Of a DNA stretch of 64,000 nt, positions 1 to 8,799 are shown piece after piece. Source of the stretch: Candidatus Latescibacterota bacterium (GTDB taxonomy: Bacteria > Latescibacterota > UBA2968 > UBA8231). Where the stretch lies: positions 6,624,001 through 6,688,000 of the forward strand of contig OZ244561.1 in NCBI GenBank assembly GCA_965217585.1. The letters are read 5' to 3'. How positions within the stretch are numbered: the first letter of the stretch is position 1; each line of letters starts with the position of its first letter. Below the pieces are notes generated by a model. That model was not told the origin of the DNA, made no database searches, and was given only the letters and a program-made list of their open reading frames with translations. The translations under genes were made by a program, and so were the position numbers.

Positions 1-306
1 TTCAACCAGCTCGTCCGCGATGGCGTGGACCTCGACGAAGCCTCAATCCAAGGGGCCTGTCTGCGGGTGCGGCCGGTGCTGATGACCGCCCTGACGACGG
101 CCCTTGGGCTGATTCCGCTGCTGTTTTCCAGCGGCACCGGCAGCGAAGTACAACGACCGCTAGCTACGGTAGTCGTCGGAGGCTTGGTCAGCTCGACCGT
201 GTTGACTTTGCTGGTGCTGCCGGCGCTCTACAAGTGGTTTGCTGTGCAACTGAATCACGGAGAAGCGGAAGCGCTATTGGCGAAACGAGAAGAAGTGACC
301 TTCTAA
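1..306 (+). CDS. CusA/CzcA-family heavy-metal RND efflux transporter, C-terminal end (gene starts before the window)
   Basis: Frame open from base 1; RVRPVLMTALTTALGLIPLL...GSEVQRPLATVVVGGLVSST is the RND TM11-12 signature of the HME subfamily. Confidence 0.9.
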   Translation, partial: FNQLVRDGVDLDEASIQGACLRVRPVLMTALTTALGLIPLLFSSGTGSEVQRPLATVVVGGLVSSTVLTLLVLPALYKWFAVQLNHGEAEALLAKREEVTF

Positions 307-352
307 TCAGGCGTCTCGACCAAAATTTCGGCCCAGCGCCGTCTATAGCCTT

Positions 353-380
353 ATTCTTATATTTATAGCATTATAAGAGT
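353..380. promoter_or_regulatory. Possible operator (inverted repeat) upstream of the permease
   Basis: TCTTATA (355-361) N10 TATAAGA (372-378) in an AT-rich intergenic patch; the binding regulator is unknown. Confidence 0.25.
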
Positions 381-419
381 CTTGTCGCCTTATCCCAATG
401 ATGCCCAGGAGGCTATTGA

Positions 420-1655
420 GTGACCTTTGAATTTCTTGGGATATTGACCAGTTTTTTCGACTTCCTCTGGTCATCCTTCCTGTTGTTAGCGCCCATGCTG
501 TTGCTGGGGCTGTTCCTTTCCGGCCTGATTCATGTGTTCATCTCCCGCCAGGCCATACTCCGCTGGCTCCGCGACGACAGTCTAAAATCCGTAACCACAA
601 GTTCGGCCATCGGCGTGCCCGTGCCGCTGTGCAGTTGTTCGGTCGTGCCGGTAGTCGCTGAGATGCGCCGGAAGGGCGCGTCTCGTTCGTCCTGCATGTC
701 CTTCCTGATAACCGCGCCGGAGACAGGCGCAGACTCGATCCTAGTCACCAATGCGTTCTTCGGCTTCGTCGTTGCCATTGTCCGGCCCGTCATCAGCTTC
801 ATCACCGCGGTCGTCGCCGGGATCTTTTGCATCGGCCTCATAAAAGACGACCGCGACGAAGCCAAGGCGAGCGACCCCGACCACTGCCACGACTGTGACC
901 ACGATCATGGCTCGCATCAAGCACTCATAGCCGACAGAGATGATTGCTACGTCAGTCCGTCGCAACTAAAGGTGTTATTGGTCAACTGGTTGAAGGGAAA
1001 TGCCACCAGCGATCCTTCTCCGGGCGATGTCTCCACAGACGATCAGGATCTAGATTTCAAGAAGCTGGTCAAGCACGTCTTTCGCTATGGCTTCATTGAG
1101 ATAGCGGACGACATTCTCTTTGCGCTGCTGGTGGGCGTTGCCTTGGGAGGCGTGCTTTTTCTGGCGATTCCAAGCGACCTGATGTCAAACGAGTATGCCC
1201 GCTGGCTATCCTATCCGGTCATGGTGCTGATCGGCATTCCCCTCTATATCTGCGCTTCCGCCAGTACCCCGATCGCCGCCGCACTAGTTGCCAAGGGGGT
1301 CAGCCCCGGCGCGGCGCTGATTTTCCTCATGACCGGACCGGCCACCAATACGGGCACCATCGCGATCATCGTCAGCCAGTTCGGCTCCCGCTTCGCGTCC
1401 ATCTACGTCGTCGCAGTCATCGCGGTTACGGTCATTCTCGGCATCGCCATCGACGTGCTGCTTCTGGCCGCTGGTCTGACGATTTCCGTGAACCTCGACG
1501 CCTCCCATGCGCCGGCCATTCAACTGCTGCAATGGGGAAGCGCTTTGCTCCTCATTGCCCTGATGGTCTGGCGCTTCCGGGCCGGTGCCCTGCGCAACGG
1601 CTACGAGGATATGCTGTTCAATCTTCGTTTCCGGTCCAGCACTAGCGACCGGTGA
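420..1655 (+). CDS. DUF318/ArsP-like permease (SO_0444-type Cu/Zn efflux family)
   Basis: GVPVPLCSCSVVP and PLYICASASTPIAAAL motifs; His/Cys-rich loop DHCHDCDHDH; AGGAGG RBS. Confidence 0.85.
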   Translation: MTFEFLGILTSFFDFLWSSFLLLAPMLLLGLFLSGLIHVFISRQAILRWLRDDSLKSVTTSSAIGVPVPLCSCSVVPVVAEMRRKGASRSSCMSFLITAPETGADSILVTNAFFGFVVAIVRPVISFITAVVAGIFCIGLIKDDRDEAKASDPDHCHDCDHDHGSHQALIADRDDCYVSPSQLKVLLVNWLKGNATSDPSPGDVSTDDQDLDFKKLVKHVFRYGFIEIADDILFALLVGVALGGVLFLAIPSDLMSNEYARWLSYPVMVLIGIPLYICASASTPIAAALVAKGVSPGAALIFLMTGPATNTGTIAIIVSQFGSRFASIYVVAVIAVTVILGIAIDVLLLAAGLTISVNLDASHAPAIQLLQWGSALLLIALMVWRFRAGALRNGYEDMLFNLRFRSSTSDR

Positions 1656-1732
1656 GGGGCCCCCTGATCCGCAGTCGTTTCTTGCGGGGCATCATCTTCC
1701 CACCACACCAATCGGTCCACTTCTTCCCGTAT

Positions 1733-2444
1733 CTACGTTTCTGACCCCAGAAACTGCCGGATGTACTCGCCTTTAGGTGTCAGCAGGGTAGAGACGTCGA
1801 TCACATTGGGCACTTTATCCATTATCTTTTCACGGATCTGTTTAACGACGACGTACCCTTCTTTTCGCAATCAGCATGGGGCTGTTCAGGCGTATGCCCT
1901 TGCGCCGGGTCACGCAGAAAAGTATTTCCTTGGCAATCACTGAAATGACGATCACCCCGCCGACGAGAAAGAACAAATGACCTAAGCCCCCTTCGCCATC
2001 CTCTATGGGGTGTTCTTGGTCGTGGTCGTCGGGGTCTTCTATCCCATGGGTTTCCGCTTCTTCCACAATAGCTGTGGACATCCCATGATCGTGATCGTGA
2101 TAGCCGAAAGCATCCATAATCAGTTCCACACTCACAAACGCGAGCAGGAACGCGGCAAAAAGCGCCAGCAGGGTTTCGATGCGACGGCGGCCGTAATGGA
2201 ACTTTACATCCTCCCCCTGTTGCTCAGACTGCGATCCCATCCGCACGGCGACCCAAGCGACGACATCGGATACAATGTCCGACAGCGAGTGAACCCCTGA
2301 AGCAGTCAGTGGCAGGTACCCGGTAACGCTGCCGAGGACGATTTTTACGACTCCCAGTATGCCGTTTGTAACGCCACCTGCAGCGATGATGGCAGTAGCT
2401 TCTTGAAGTCTCTGTTTTTCGTTTGATTCTACGTGCATGTGCAT
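1733..2444 (-). pseudogene. Cation diffusion facilitator (FieF-like), internally deleted and out of frame
   Basis: ASGVHSLSD and FHYGRRRIETL motifs and a His-rich loop; the frame breaks at LNSPMLIA (about 1865) where ANAWHHRSD is expected; another frame continues KEGYVVVKQIREKIMDKVPNVIDVSTLLTP...SET* (dimerisation-domain-like end, stop 1733). Confidence 0.8.
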
Positions 2445-2706
2445 ACCACTTGCCCTCCTGTACAATGCCGTGGCGACGGCTCATACGACTTCTGGGTGAT
2501 GTGTTGGGGATTGGGATCTGTTAGCGCGGGACCTCAGCAGTGGAGGGTACTGAGCTCAACCGCAACTTTGTATATAATAAACTCCTCTCGCACCTAACAA
2601 GGTCGCGTGGTGCAATACACAACCCGACATCGCCAAGGGGAAAAGCAATGACGTTGCAAGAAACCGCGATCGCCGGCTGCCCAGCTAGTTTCCGGTTATA
2701 GCCATC

Positions 2707-3573
2707 ATGGATTCAAACGCTCTACTGGTTTTGTCGGCCTACTCAGCCGCTATCCTTGCTGCTTCCCTTCTCGGCGGGAAATTGGCGGCCTTGGGTACCA
2801 TGACGCATACGCGTACTCAGGTCGTGATGAGTCTGGTGGCCGGCTTCATCCTCGGCATCGCCATGTTTCACCTGCTACCCCACAGCCTCAATCGCATTCC
2901 CGGGCCTGACATGGTAGAAAAAGCCGTGGGATGGATGGTATTAGGCATGGTGCTAATGATTTTCCTGCTGCGTATCTTTCACTTTCACCGGCATGACTTC
3001 AGCAGCGAGGCGAGCGATCTATACGATCAACACGACCACGGTGGTTCCGGCATCCATTCGCGGAGTTTGTTCGGCGTTGCCATCGGCCTAGGGGTACACA
3101 CCGTGACCGAAGGGATCGCGCTGGGCACTAGCATGAAGATGGGGCCGCCGCATGAAAACGACGTCGCATTAGCAGGCCTAGGGGTATTCCTCGCCATTCT
3201 GCTGCACAAGCCGCTCGATGCGTACTCCATTATCGGCATGATGAAGTCCGCCGGTCACAGCCAGCGCGCCCGAACATTGGCCAATGCCGGATTTGCCATG
3301 CTGTGCCCTGTGGTGGCTATAGCGAGCTTTGGGGGTGTGGAATTGCTTGGCCCGGAAGAAGGGGCGATAGTCGGCTATGTGCTGGCCTTTGCGGCGGGCG
3401 CGTTCTTGTGCATTGCCTTGAGCGACCTGCTGCCGGAGATCCATTTCCACAGCCACGATCGCGGCAAGCTCATCGCATCCCTCCTCGTGGGCATCGGTCT
3501 CGCCTACGCACTGTATTACGTTGAATCCAGCGCCATCCACGGACATGGGATGGAGCCGCACGAGGGGCATTAG
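2707..3573 (+). CDS. ZIP-family metal (Zn) transporter
   Basis: GVHTVTEGIALG and AILLHKPLD transmembrane motifs; His-rich loop; LSDLLPEIHFH. Confidence 0.9.
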   Translation: MDSNALLVLSAYSAAILAASLLGGKLAALGTMTHTRTQVVMSLVAGFILGIAMFHLLPHSLNRIPGPDMVEKAVGWMVLGMVLMIFLLRIFHFHRHDFSSEASDLYDQHDHGGSGIHSRSLFGVAIGLGVHTVTEGIALGTSMKMGPPHENDVALAGLGVFLAILLHKPLDAYSIIGMMKSAGHSQRARTLANAGFAMLCPVVAIASFGGVELLGPEEGAIVGYVLAFAAGAFLCIALSDLLPEIHFHSHDRGKLIASLLVGIGLAYALYYVESSAIHGHGMEPHEGH

Positions 3574-4584
3574 CTATATCGCCACCTTATCCCTCTTCTT
3601 CACCGATTCAATTTCCTTCAAACACAATAGCAGCGAGTTCCGCGCACTCTGACCACCCAGCTCCTGCGACGCCCTGCCGCGCGCGATCGCATCCACCGCT
3701 TCCTGCAACTCGCCGACGAAGCCATCCTCGCCCGGCAGGGACGGCGTGCAGACCTCGCCGTCCTTGGTCAACAGTTGCGGCGGCTGGCCCCAAGAGGAGT
3801 TGTACTTGAGCGTGGCCTCCTCAAAGTACACGTCATAGCCGTGTTCAAAGGGACAGCCCTGTTGCGCCAACCAGCCGCCTTCGGCACTGATGGCCATTGG
3901 GCCGTCGTACTGGTAGTGGGTGTTGATGTACTCGACCGTCTCACCCCGGCCAAGGTACCCTTGCGCGCTAACCGCCGTGGGCATCCCGAACAAAAACTGC
4001 ACGAAGTCCGCGTCGTGGATATGGAGGTCAATCGCTGGGCCGCCGGTGCGCTGCAAATCTTCTGGTGCCCACCACGCCGGGCGCGAGATAATCCGCTTGA
4101 AGTGGGCGGCGAGCACCGGGCCGTGCTCCGCGTCGTCAACGATCTGTTTGATCAGCCGGAATTCTGGGAAATACCGCAGGACGTGTGCAACCATAAACTG
4201 ACGCTGGTGTTCCTCGGCCGCCGCCACGATCCGGTCGGCATCGTCCAAGGCTACTGCAATGGGCTTTTCCAATAGCACGTGCTTGCCCGCGGTTAGTGCA
4301 CGGACGCTGGTCTCGACGTGCATCGTCGTCGGCAGGCAGATATCCACCAAGTCGATCTCCGGATCGGCGCACAGCTCGTCCAACGTTTCGTAGCACCGTA
4401 TTCCCGACAAGTCCTGCTCCCCGCCACTGTCGCCGAAATTGCCCTGAATGTCGCGCCAATCTCCCGCGCGCTTTTTGGGGTCGCGGGAGACGATGGCCGC
4501 GACCTGGCTCCCTTTAACTTGGGCTATAGCCTTGTAATGAGTCATGCCCATGAAACCTATGCCGACAATGCCGATATTGACCAT
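3574..4584 (-). CDS. Gfo/Idh/MocA-family oxidoreductase
   Basis: GIVGIGFMG Rossmann motif, GKHVLLEKP, DLHIHD; AAGGAGG RBS. Confidence 0.92.
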   Translation of the reverse strand: MVNIGIVGIGFMGMTHYKAIAQVKGSQVAAIVSRDPKKRAGDWRDIQGNFGDSGGEQDLSGIRCYETLDELCADPEIDLVDICLPTTMHVETSVRALTAGKHVLLEKPIAVALDDADRIVAAAEEHQRQFMVAHVLRYFPEFRLIKQIVDDAEHGPVLAAHFKRIISRPAWWAPEDLQRTGGPAIDLHIHDADFVQFLFGMPTAVSAQGYLGRGETVEYINTHYQYDGPMAISAEGGWLAQQGCPFEHGYDVYFEEATLKYNSSWGQPPQLLTKDGEVCTPSLPGEDGFVGELQEAVDAIARGRASQELGGQSARNSLLLCLKEIESVKKRDKVAI

Positions 4585-4609
4585 TATTTCCTCCTTGTGT
4601 GGAGCTGCT

Positions 4610-4639
4610 AGAATAGGCTTGGGGTCCGACTACTGTCAA
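4610..4639 (-). promoter_or_regulatory. Sigma70-type promoter for the oxidoreductase gene
   Basis: TTGACA (4639-4634), 18 bp spacer, TATTCT (4615-4610) on the minus strand, just upstream of the RBS. Confidence 0.55.
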
Positions 4640-4742
4640 GCTAACCGTGCAGTACGGCCAGTTTGCCGACTGGAAGTGATGCGATGCCGGAGTCCTCACG
4701 CCACGCTGAATTGAGCGCTAGCTGGAACGACGAGAGGCGACG

Positions 4743-6050
4743 CTACAGGTCGCGCAAGTGCTGTGCGTAATACAACGGCCAAGTCTCAACTACACCTCCC
4801 CCCTCACCACCAGGACCGCCGATGAGTTTAATGGCGCACCGCGGCCGGTAGCGCTCCACGTAGGACCGCAAGCTGCGAGCGTGGGTACGGGTACCGCTTT
4901 TTACCTCGACAGGGATGACTTCTCCATCGCGGCCGCGATGGAGAAACTCCACTTGGGCGTTGGCCTGCTCCCATCCGAACGTGGGATACGCCACGCGTAC
5001 ACTCAGTTCGTTCTGGACGAAGTTTTCCGCAATGTAGCCCTTGAAGCTAAGGCTCTGCGCCCGTTGGTCGGCATATCTCAGACCAAGCATGTAGCCAAGC
5101 AACCCCACATCAAATAAGTAGAGCTTGAAAATGTTCTGCCGCGCCTGTGCCCATAGAGGGGCTTCGGGCCTTCCCTTGATGGGATAGCACTTCCGCACCA
5201 GCTTGGCTGTCTCCAACCAGTCAATAGGGCCGCGCAACTCTTGATAGCGCCGCTTCCGCTCGACTACATCCCTGAACCTAAAACGCTGCACGGAGTCGTC
5301 CTGGCAGGCGGCCAGTTGACGCGGTACGCTCGCAAACACTTCATCAATGTGTTGCGCGTGGAGCTTGCCAGCATACTTCCCAAAATCGCGTTGGTAGCCC
5401 ACGATGAGATCGCGGTGAATTCGCCCGACCCGCTCAACCCGCTCGCGGATACTGCCCTCCACAGCAAACCACTCAGCCACCGCTTCCGGCATACCACCGA
5501 CGAAGTAGTACGCGAGTAGGAAGGGCCATAGCTGTTGGTGAACGGCCTGTCCGCGCCGTTGCGCTCGAAATGCCTGCAAAAGCCTCGGCTGCTCGGCGGC
5601 CATCAGAAATTCCTCAAAGCACAGCGGGAACAGCTCTAACTGCTGGACCTTGCCGACCGGAAACGAGTCGAGCAGACCGATATTGGAGCCGGAGGCGCAG
5701 ACGAACGTTTGGGGGAGATCTTCGGCAAAATACTTGAGCGAATCGACAGCGGCTTGACACTCTCCCACCTCGTCGAAGAAGATGAGATCCTGCTCAACAT
5801 TGATGTCCACATTGAAGCGCAGCTCGATGTTTGATAGCACGGCCCGCGGGTCGAGGCTATCAGCGAACAACTCCGCCAGCCCCGGCTCCAGCCGGAAGTC
5901 GAGTCTATGCACTTGGCGGAACTCCTGCGGCCCGAAAAGCTGTTCGATCAGGTAGGTCTTGCCGACTTGACGTGCGCCGTCGAGCAATACTGGCTTGCGC
6001 CCCGGTTGACGTTTCCACTCTACCAGCTCGTCAATCAATAAGCGTTGCAA
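4743..6050 (-). CDS. AAA_14 ATPase + DUF4143 (PD-(D/E)xK-like) protein
   Basis: Walker A GARQVGKT, IFFDE, YYFVGGMPEAV, KLYLFDVGLL, IPVEVKSG; TTG start at 6050 preceded by AGGAG. Confidence 0.88.
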   Translation of the reverse strand: MQRLLIDELVEWKRQPGRKPVLLDGARQVGKTYLIEQLFGPQEFRQVHRLDFRLEPGLAELFADSLDPRAVLSNIELRFNVDINVEQDLIFFDEVGECQAAVDSLKYFAEDLPQTFVCASGSNIGLLDSFPVGKVQQLELFPLCFEEFLMAAEQPRLLQAFRAQRRGQAVHQQLWPFLLAYYFVGGMPEAVAEWFAVEGSIRERVERVGRIHRDLIVGYQRDFGKYAGKLHAQHIDEVFASVPRQLAACQDDSVQRFRFRDVVERKRRYQELRGPIDWLETAKLVRKCYPIKGRPEAPLWAQARQNIFKLYLFDVGLLGYMLGLRYADQRAQSLSFKGYIAENFVQNELSVRVAYPTFGWEQANAQVEFLHRGRDGEVIPVEVKSGTRTHARSLRSYVERYRPRCAIKLIGGPGGEGGGVVETWPLYYAQHLRDL

Positions 6051-6074
6051 AGAATTGCTCCTATTCGATGGGAA

Positions 6075-6135
6075 AACAGCACTTTTATGAAGATAAAAAT
6101 ACAATACAACAGCACTTTTATGAAGATAAAAGTGC
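6075..6135. repeat. Tandem 24-bp direct repeat (33-bp period), each copy carrying a palindrome; probable operators
   Basis: AACAGCACTTTTATGAAGATAAAA at 6075-6098 and 6108-6131; perfect GCACTTTTAT-GAAG-ATAAAAGTGC at 6112-6135. Confidence 0.85.
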
Positions 6136-6293
6136 GAATTCCGAACATTTTTTTTAGGTAAAGAGGGAACTCACCCGCCAAACTCCACTAACCGCTACGC
6201 ACCCTTTTGGCGATCATTTGCAGGGCTGTTATACTATCTCGCGTACCGGACAAGCTACCGATGCGGCACTAGACACCAACGAGGAACTATCCC

Positions 6294-7430
6294 ATGCCCG
6301 CTGAAACCTATGGCATTCTGCTGGTCAGCTTCAGCAAGCACAGCCACCAGCAGCACTTCATCCCCCTGTACCAAGCCCATCCCCGCCTGCGCATCATCGG
6401 CGTCGCCGACCACCCCGACATCGACCCGGACTTGCGCCGCTACAATCAGCACTGGGCTGGCCAACTCGGCGTGCCCTACTCAGAGGACCTCGACGAGTCC
6501 ATCGACAACCCGGCCGTCGATATTGTCAGCGTCGGCTGCGAGATCGAACGGCGGTCCGCGCTCATCGTCCGCGCTGCCGAGGCCGGCAAGCACCTGTGGA
6601 TCGACAAGTTTCCCGGGGCTACCCTCGCCGAGTCCGAGGCGTCCGCAGTCGCGGTCGAGCGCACCGGCGTCCGGGCGATCATCCCCGGCTACGCCTACGG
6701 CACCCTCGCCCAGCACACCCGCCACGTCCTCACCAGCGGCGACTTAGGCACCCTGCTCGGCGTTCACGTCGATGTGATGTTCGGCAAGGGCTGGCCGCGC
6801 CCGATAACTCAACGCCGCGCCTTTGTTGCACCCAATGGCCGGTGGAAATACCCCGATATTAAAAGAGAACTGCTGACGGTGGGCGCATACGCCGTCGGCC
6901 TGATCCAGGAATGCCTCGGCCCCATCCGCCACGTCGTCGGCCACGCTGGAGCCTTCTTCTTCCCCGAACACGCCGCCCACGGCTGCGACGATTTTGGCAC
7001 CCTGACCATGACCGATGCCGACGGCCGCGTGGCCACCTTGTGCGGCGGACGCATTGGTGCAGCTTCCCATCCCCAAGGCGGACCATCGCGGGCGTACTTA
7101 ATCGGCACCCGCCAGAGCGCCACCATTGATGCCAAAAGACCAGCGCTGGACGCCTATCTACGCGACTACAGCACCGGCTACGACTATCGGCCCGATCCCC
7201 AGGACCCCATGCAGTGGCACGGAGGCCCACCCGTCCCAACCGCTTCCCTATCCGAAGACACAGCGGGCCTGGCAGCCGGGCTCGACGATTTGGTCGCCGC
7301 CATCGACGACGACCGCCCACCCCGCTATGGCGTGCGCCAAGCGCGGGATTTGATGGAAATTATCCTCGCTGGCTACCGCGCTGTCGAGTGCGACGCGGCC
7401 ATCGACCTGCCGCTGGAGCAAGAGCTATGA
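6294..7430 (+). CDS. Gfo/Idh/MocA-family oxidoreductase (divergent)
   Basis: AVDIVSVG...AAEAGKHLWIDKFPG (EKP-motif variant); C-terminal ARDLMEIILAGYRA. Confidence 0.75.
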   Translation: MPAETYGILLVSFSKHSHQQHFIPLYQAHPRLRIIGVADHPDIDPDLRRYNQHWAGQLGVPYSEDLDESIDNPAVDIVSVGCEIERRSALIVRAAEAGKHLWIDKFPGATLAESEASAVAVERTGVRAIIPGYAYGTLAQHTRHVLTSGDLGTLLGVHVDVMFGKGWPRPITQRRAFVAPNGRWKYPDIKRELLTVGAYAVGLIQECLGPIRHVVGHAGAFFFPEHAAHGCDDFGTLTMTDADGRVATLCGGRIGAASHPQGGPSRAYLIGTRQSATIDAKRPALDAYLRDYSTGYDYRPDPQDPMQWHGGPPVPTASLSEDTAGLAAGLDDLVAAIDDDRPPRYGVRQARDLMEIILAGYRAVECDAAIDLPLEQEL

Positions 7431-8263
7431 CGATCGCCCTCAGTGCCCATCCCGCCCTCGATCCACTCGTCGGCCAACTCGCCGCCGCCCTGCCGATCAA
7501 GGGCCTGTACTATCCAGCGCGTCGGCACCCCGACACCGCCCTGCCCTTTTTTAGCGACTTGCCGGCCATGCTCCAGGCAACCAACCCCCGCGTCTGCGCT
7601 TTCCTCTCGCCTTATGCAGACCTCCTCAATGATGTCCGCACCTGCCTCCAGGCCGGCGTTGCCGTCCTTTGCGCCGGGCCAGTGCCCAAGGCCGACCTGC
7701 CCATCGCCAGCGGCGGCGTCCATCGCGGGTCGCCCCTGTTTGCCAAGGCGCTACAGCAGCGACGCGACCCCTCGTTCGCCGAGCCGGTCTATTTGCGCCT
7801 CGTGGCCGGCGTCCAGGGGCCGGGCTTGCTGTCGGCGTGGTGGGCCGCTTGTCGCCAGCTAGCCTTGGCCAGCGACCTGCTGGGCGAAACTCCCTCCCAG
7901 GTACATCTTTGCGCCAACCGTCACGGCCGCGCCTACCAAGTAGTGCTGACCGCCACGGCTCCCAGCGGCGCGGCGCTCCAGCTAGTCGTCGCTCCTCAGC
8001 CTGCGCTGGCCGAGTTGACCTTGCTGGGCCGAGGCGGCGTGATCTCGGCCAGCGCCGCGCACAGCGGGATCGCCCTATCCAGCGCTAAGGGAACCCAAGT
8101 CGTGCCGGACGCGACAGCCCCTCCGGCCGAACTGGCGTGGTTGCGCGATTTTTGGGAGAAAAAGAATCCGCCGAGCGAGAACTCAGGCGACAACAGCGAA
8201 GCCCTGCTCAGCGGCCTGCGGCGGGCGCTGAGGACGCGCCAGCCGGTCTTGGTCAATCTCTAA
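7427..8263 (+). CDS. Hypothetical protein, degenerate Gfo/Idh/MocA-like
   Basis: ATGA overlap with the upstream stop; CLQAGVAVLCAGP resembles the AGKHVLxEKP region but lacks EK. Confidence 0.55.
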   Translation: MTIALSAHPALDPLVGQLAAALPIKGLYYPARRHPDTALPFFSDLPAMLQATNPRVCAFLSPYADLLNDVRTCLQAGVAVLCAGPVPKADLPIASGGVHRGSPLFAKALQQRRDPSFAEPVYLRLVAGVQGPGLLSAWWAACRQLALASDLLGETPSQVHLCANRHGRAYQVVLTATAPSGAALQLVVAPQPALAELTLLGRGGVISASAAHSGIALSSAKGTQVVPDATAPPAELAWLRDFWEKKNPPSENSGDNSEALLSGLRRALRTRQPVLVNL

Positions 8264-8315
8264 TCACCGACGATAGAGAGAGTGCACTCCGGCCAATTGC
8301 GCTTCGGCCCTTGAG

Positions 8316-8481
8316 CTACACCGCCGACCGAATACCTGTCTGCACGAAATCGTCGCCCTTGAACAGCAGAGGTAGCTGTCGCGTCGTAGCCCCCATCGTT
8401 TAGCATCGCATCGAGAAAGTCCTGATGCTCCTGTTCGTCCATTAGCACGGCCATTAGCGCGGAGGTGTCGGCTACCATCAT
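8316..8481 (-). pseudogene. vapC: VapC (PIN) toxin with the central region deleted
   Basis: Start MMVADTSALMAVL overlaps the antitoxin stop (ATGA); after about 30 codons another frame reads ATTRQLPLLFKGDDFVQTGIRSAV*, a typical VapC C-terminus. Confidence 0.85.
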
Positions 8482-8777
8482 TTCGGCAGCCCCTGCTCGT
8501 CGTATAGCTCCTCTTGCCAAGTTTTAGACGGTGGATTGTCGTCGTCGTATTCGTCAGGGTGTTCCTCACGCCAGCGGCGGCCAGCTTCGCTTAAAATTCT
8601 GTACTCCGCAGCGATCTCCTCCGGCGTCATCTTGAGCCTCAGTGGAGGAACTTTTGCGTCTAAGTCATCCAAGGCCATTTTCAGCACCCGCTCGTGAGCA
8701 TCGGAGTCAGTAAACGCCAACCGTTCCGCCAATGCCTCGACTTGGGCCTCCATTTCCGGTTTCAGGGTCTTAGGCAT
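8478..8777 (-). CDS. vapB: VapB-type antitoxin (Rv0623-like)
   Basis: 99 aa, acidic, ends ELYDEQGLPK; translationally coupled to the PIN remnant. Confidence 0.75.
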   Translation of the reverse strand: MPKTLKPEMEAQVEALAERLAFTDSDAHERVLKMALDDLDAKVPPLRLKMTPEEIAAEYRILSEAGRRWREEHPDEYDDDNPPSKTWQEELYDEQGLPK

Positions 8778-8799
8778 AGAGTACCTCTTCTCCTAAATT

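Noticed and set aside
2466-2706. Structured RNA or metal riboswitch between the CDF and ZIP genes
   Set aside because: Only short, weak hairpins; no recognisable family consensus
3571-3576. Back-to-back convergent stops (TAGCTA here; shared CTAG at 59214-59217)
   Set aside because: Common in compact genomes; no further structure supports a function
6075-6135. 24-bp direct repeat as a mini CRISPR array
   Set aside because: Only two copies with a 9-bp spacer and no cas genes; fits operators better
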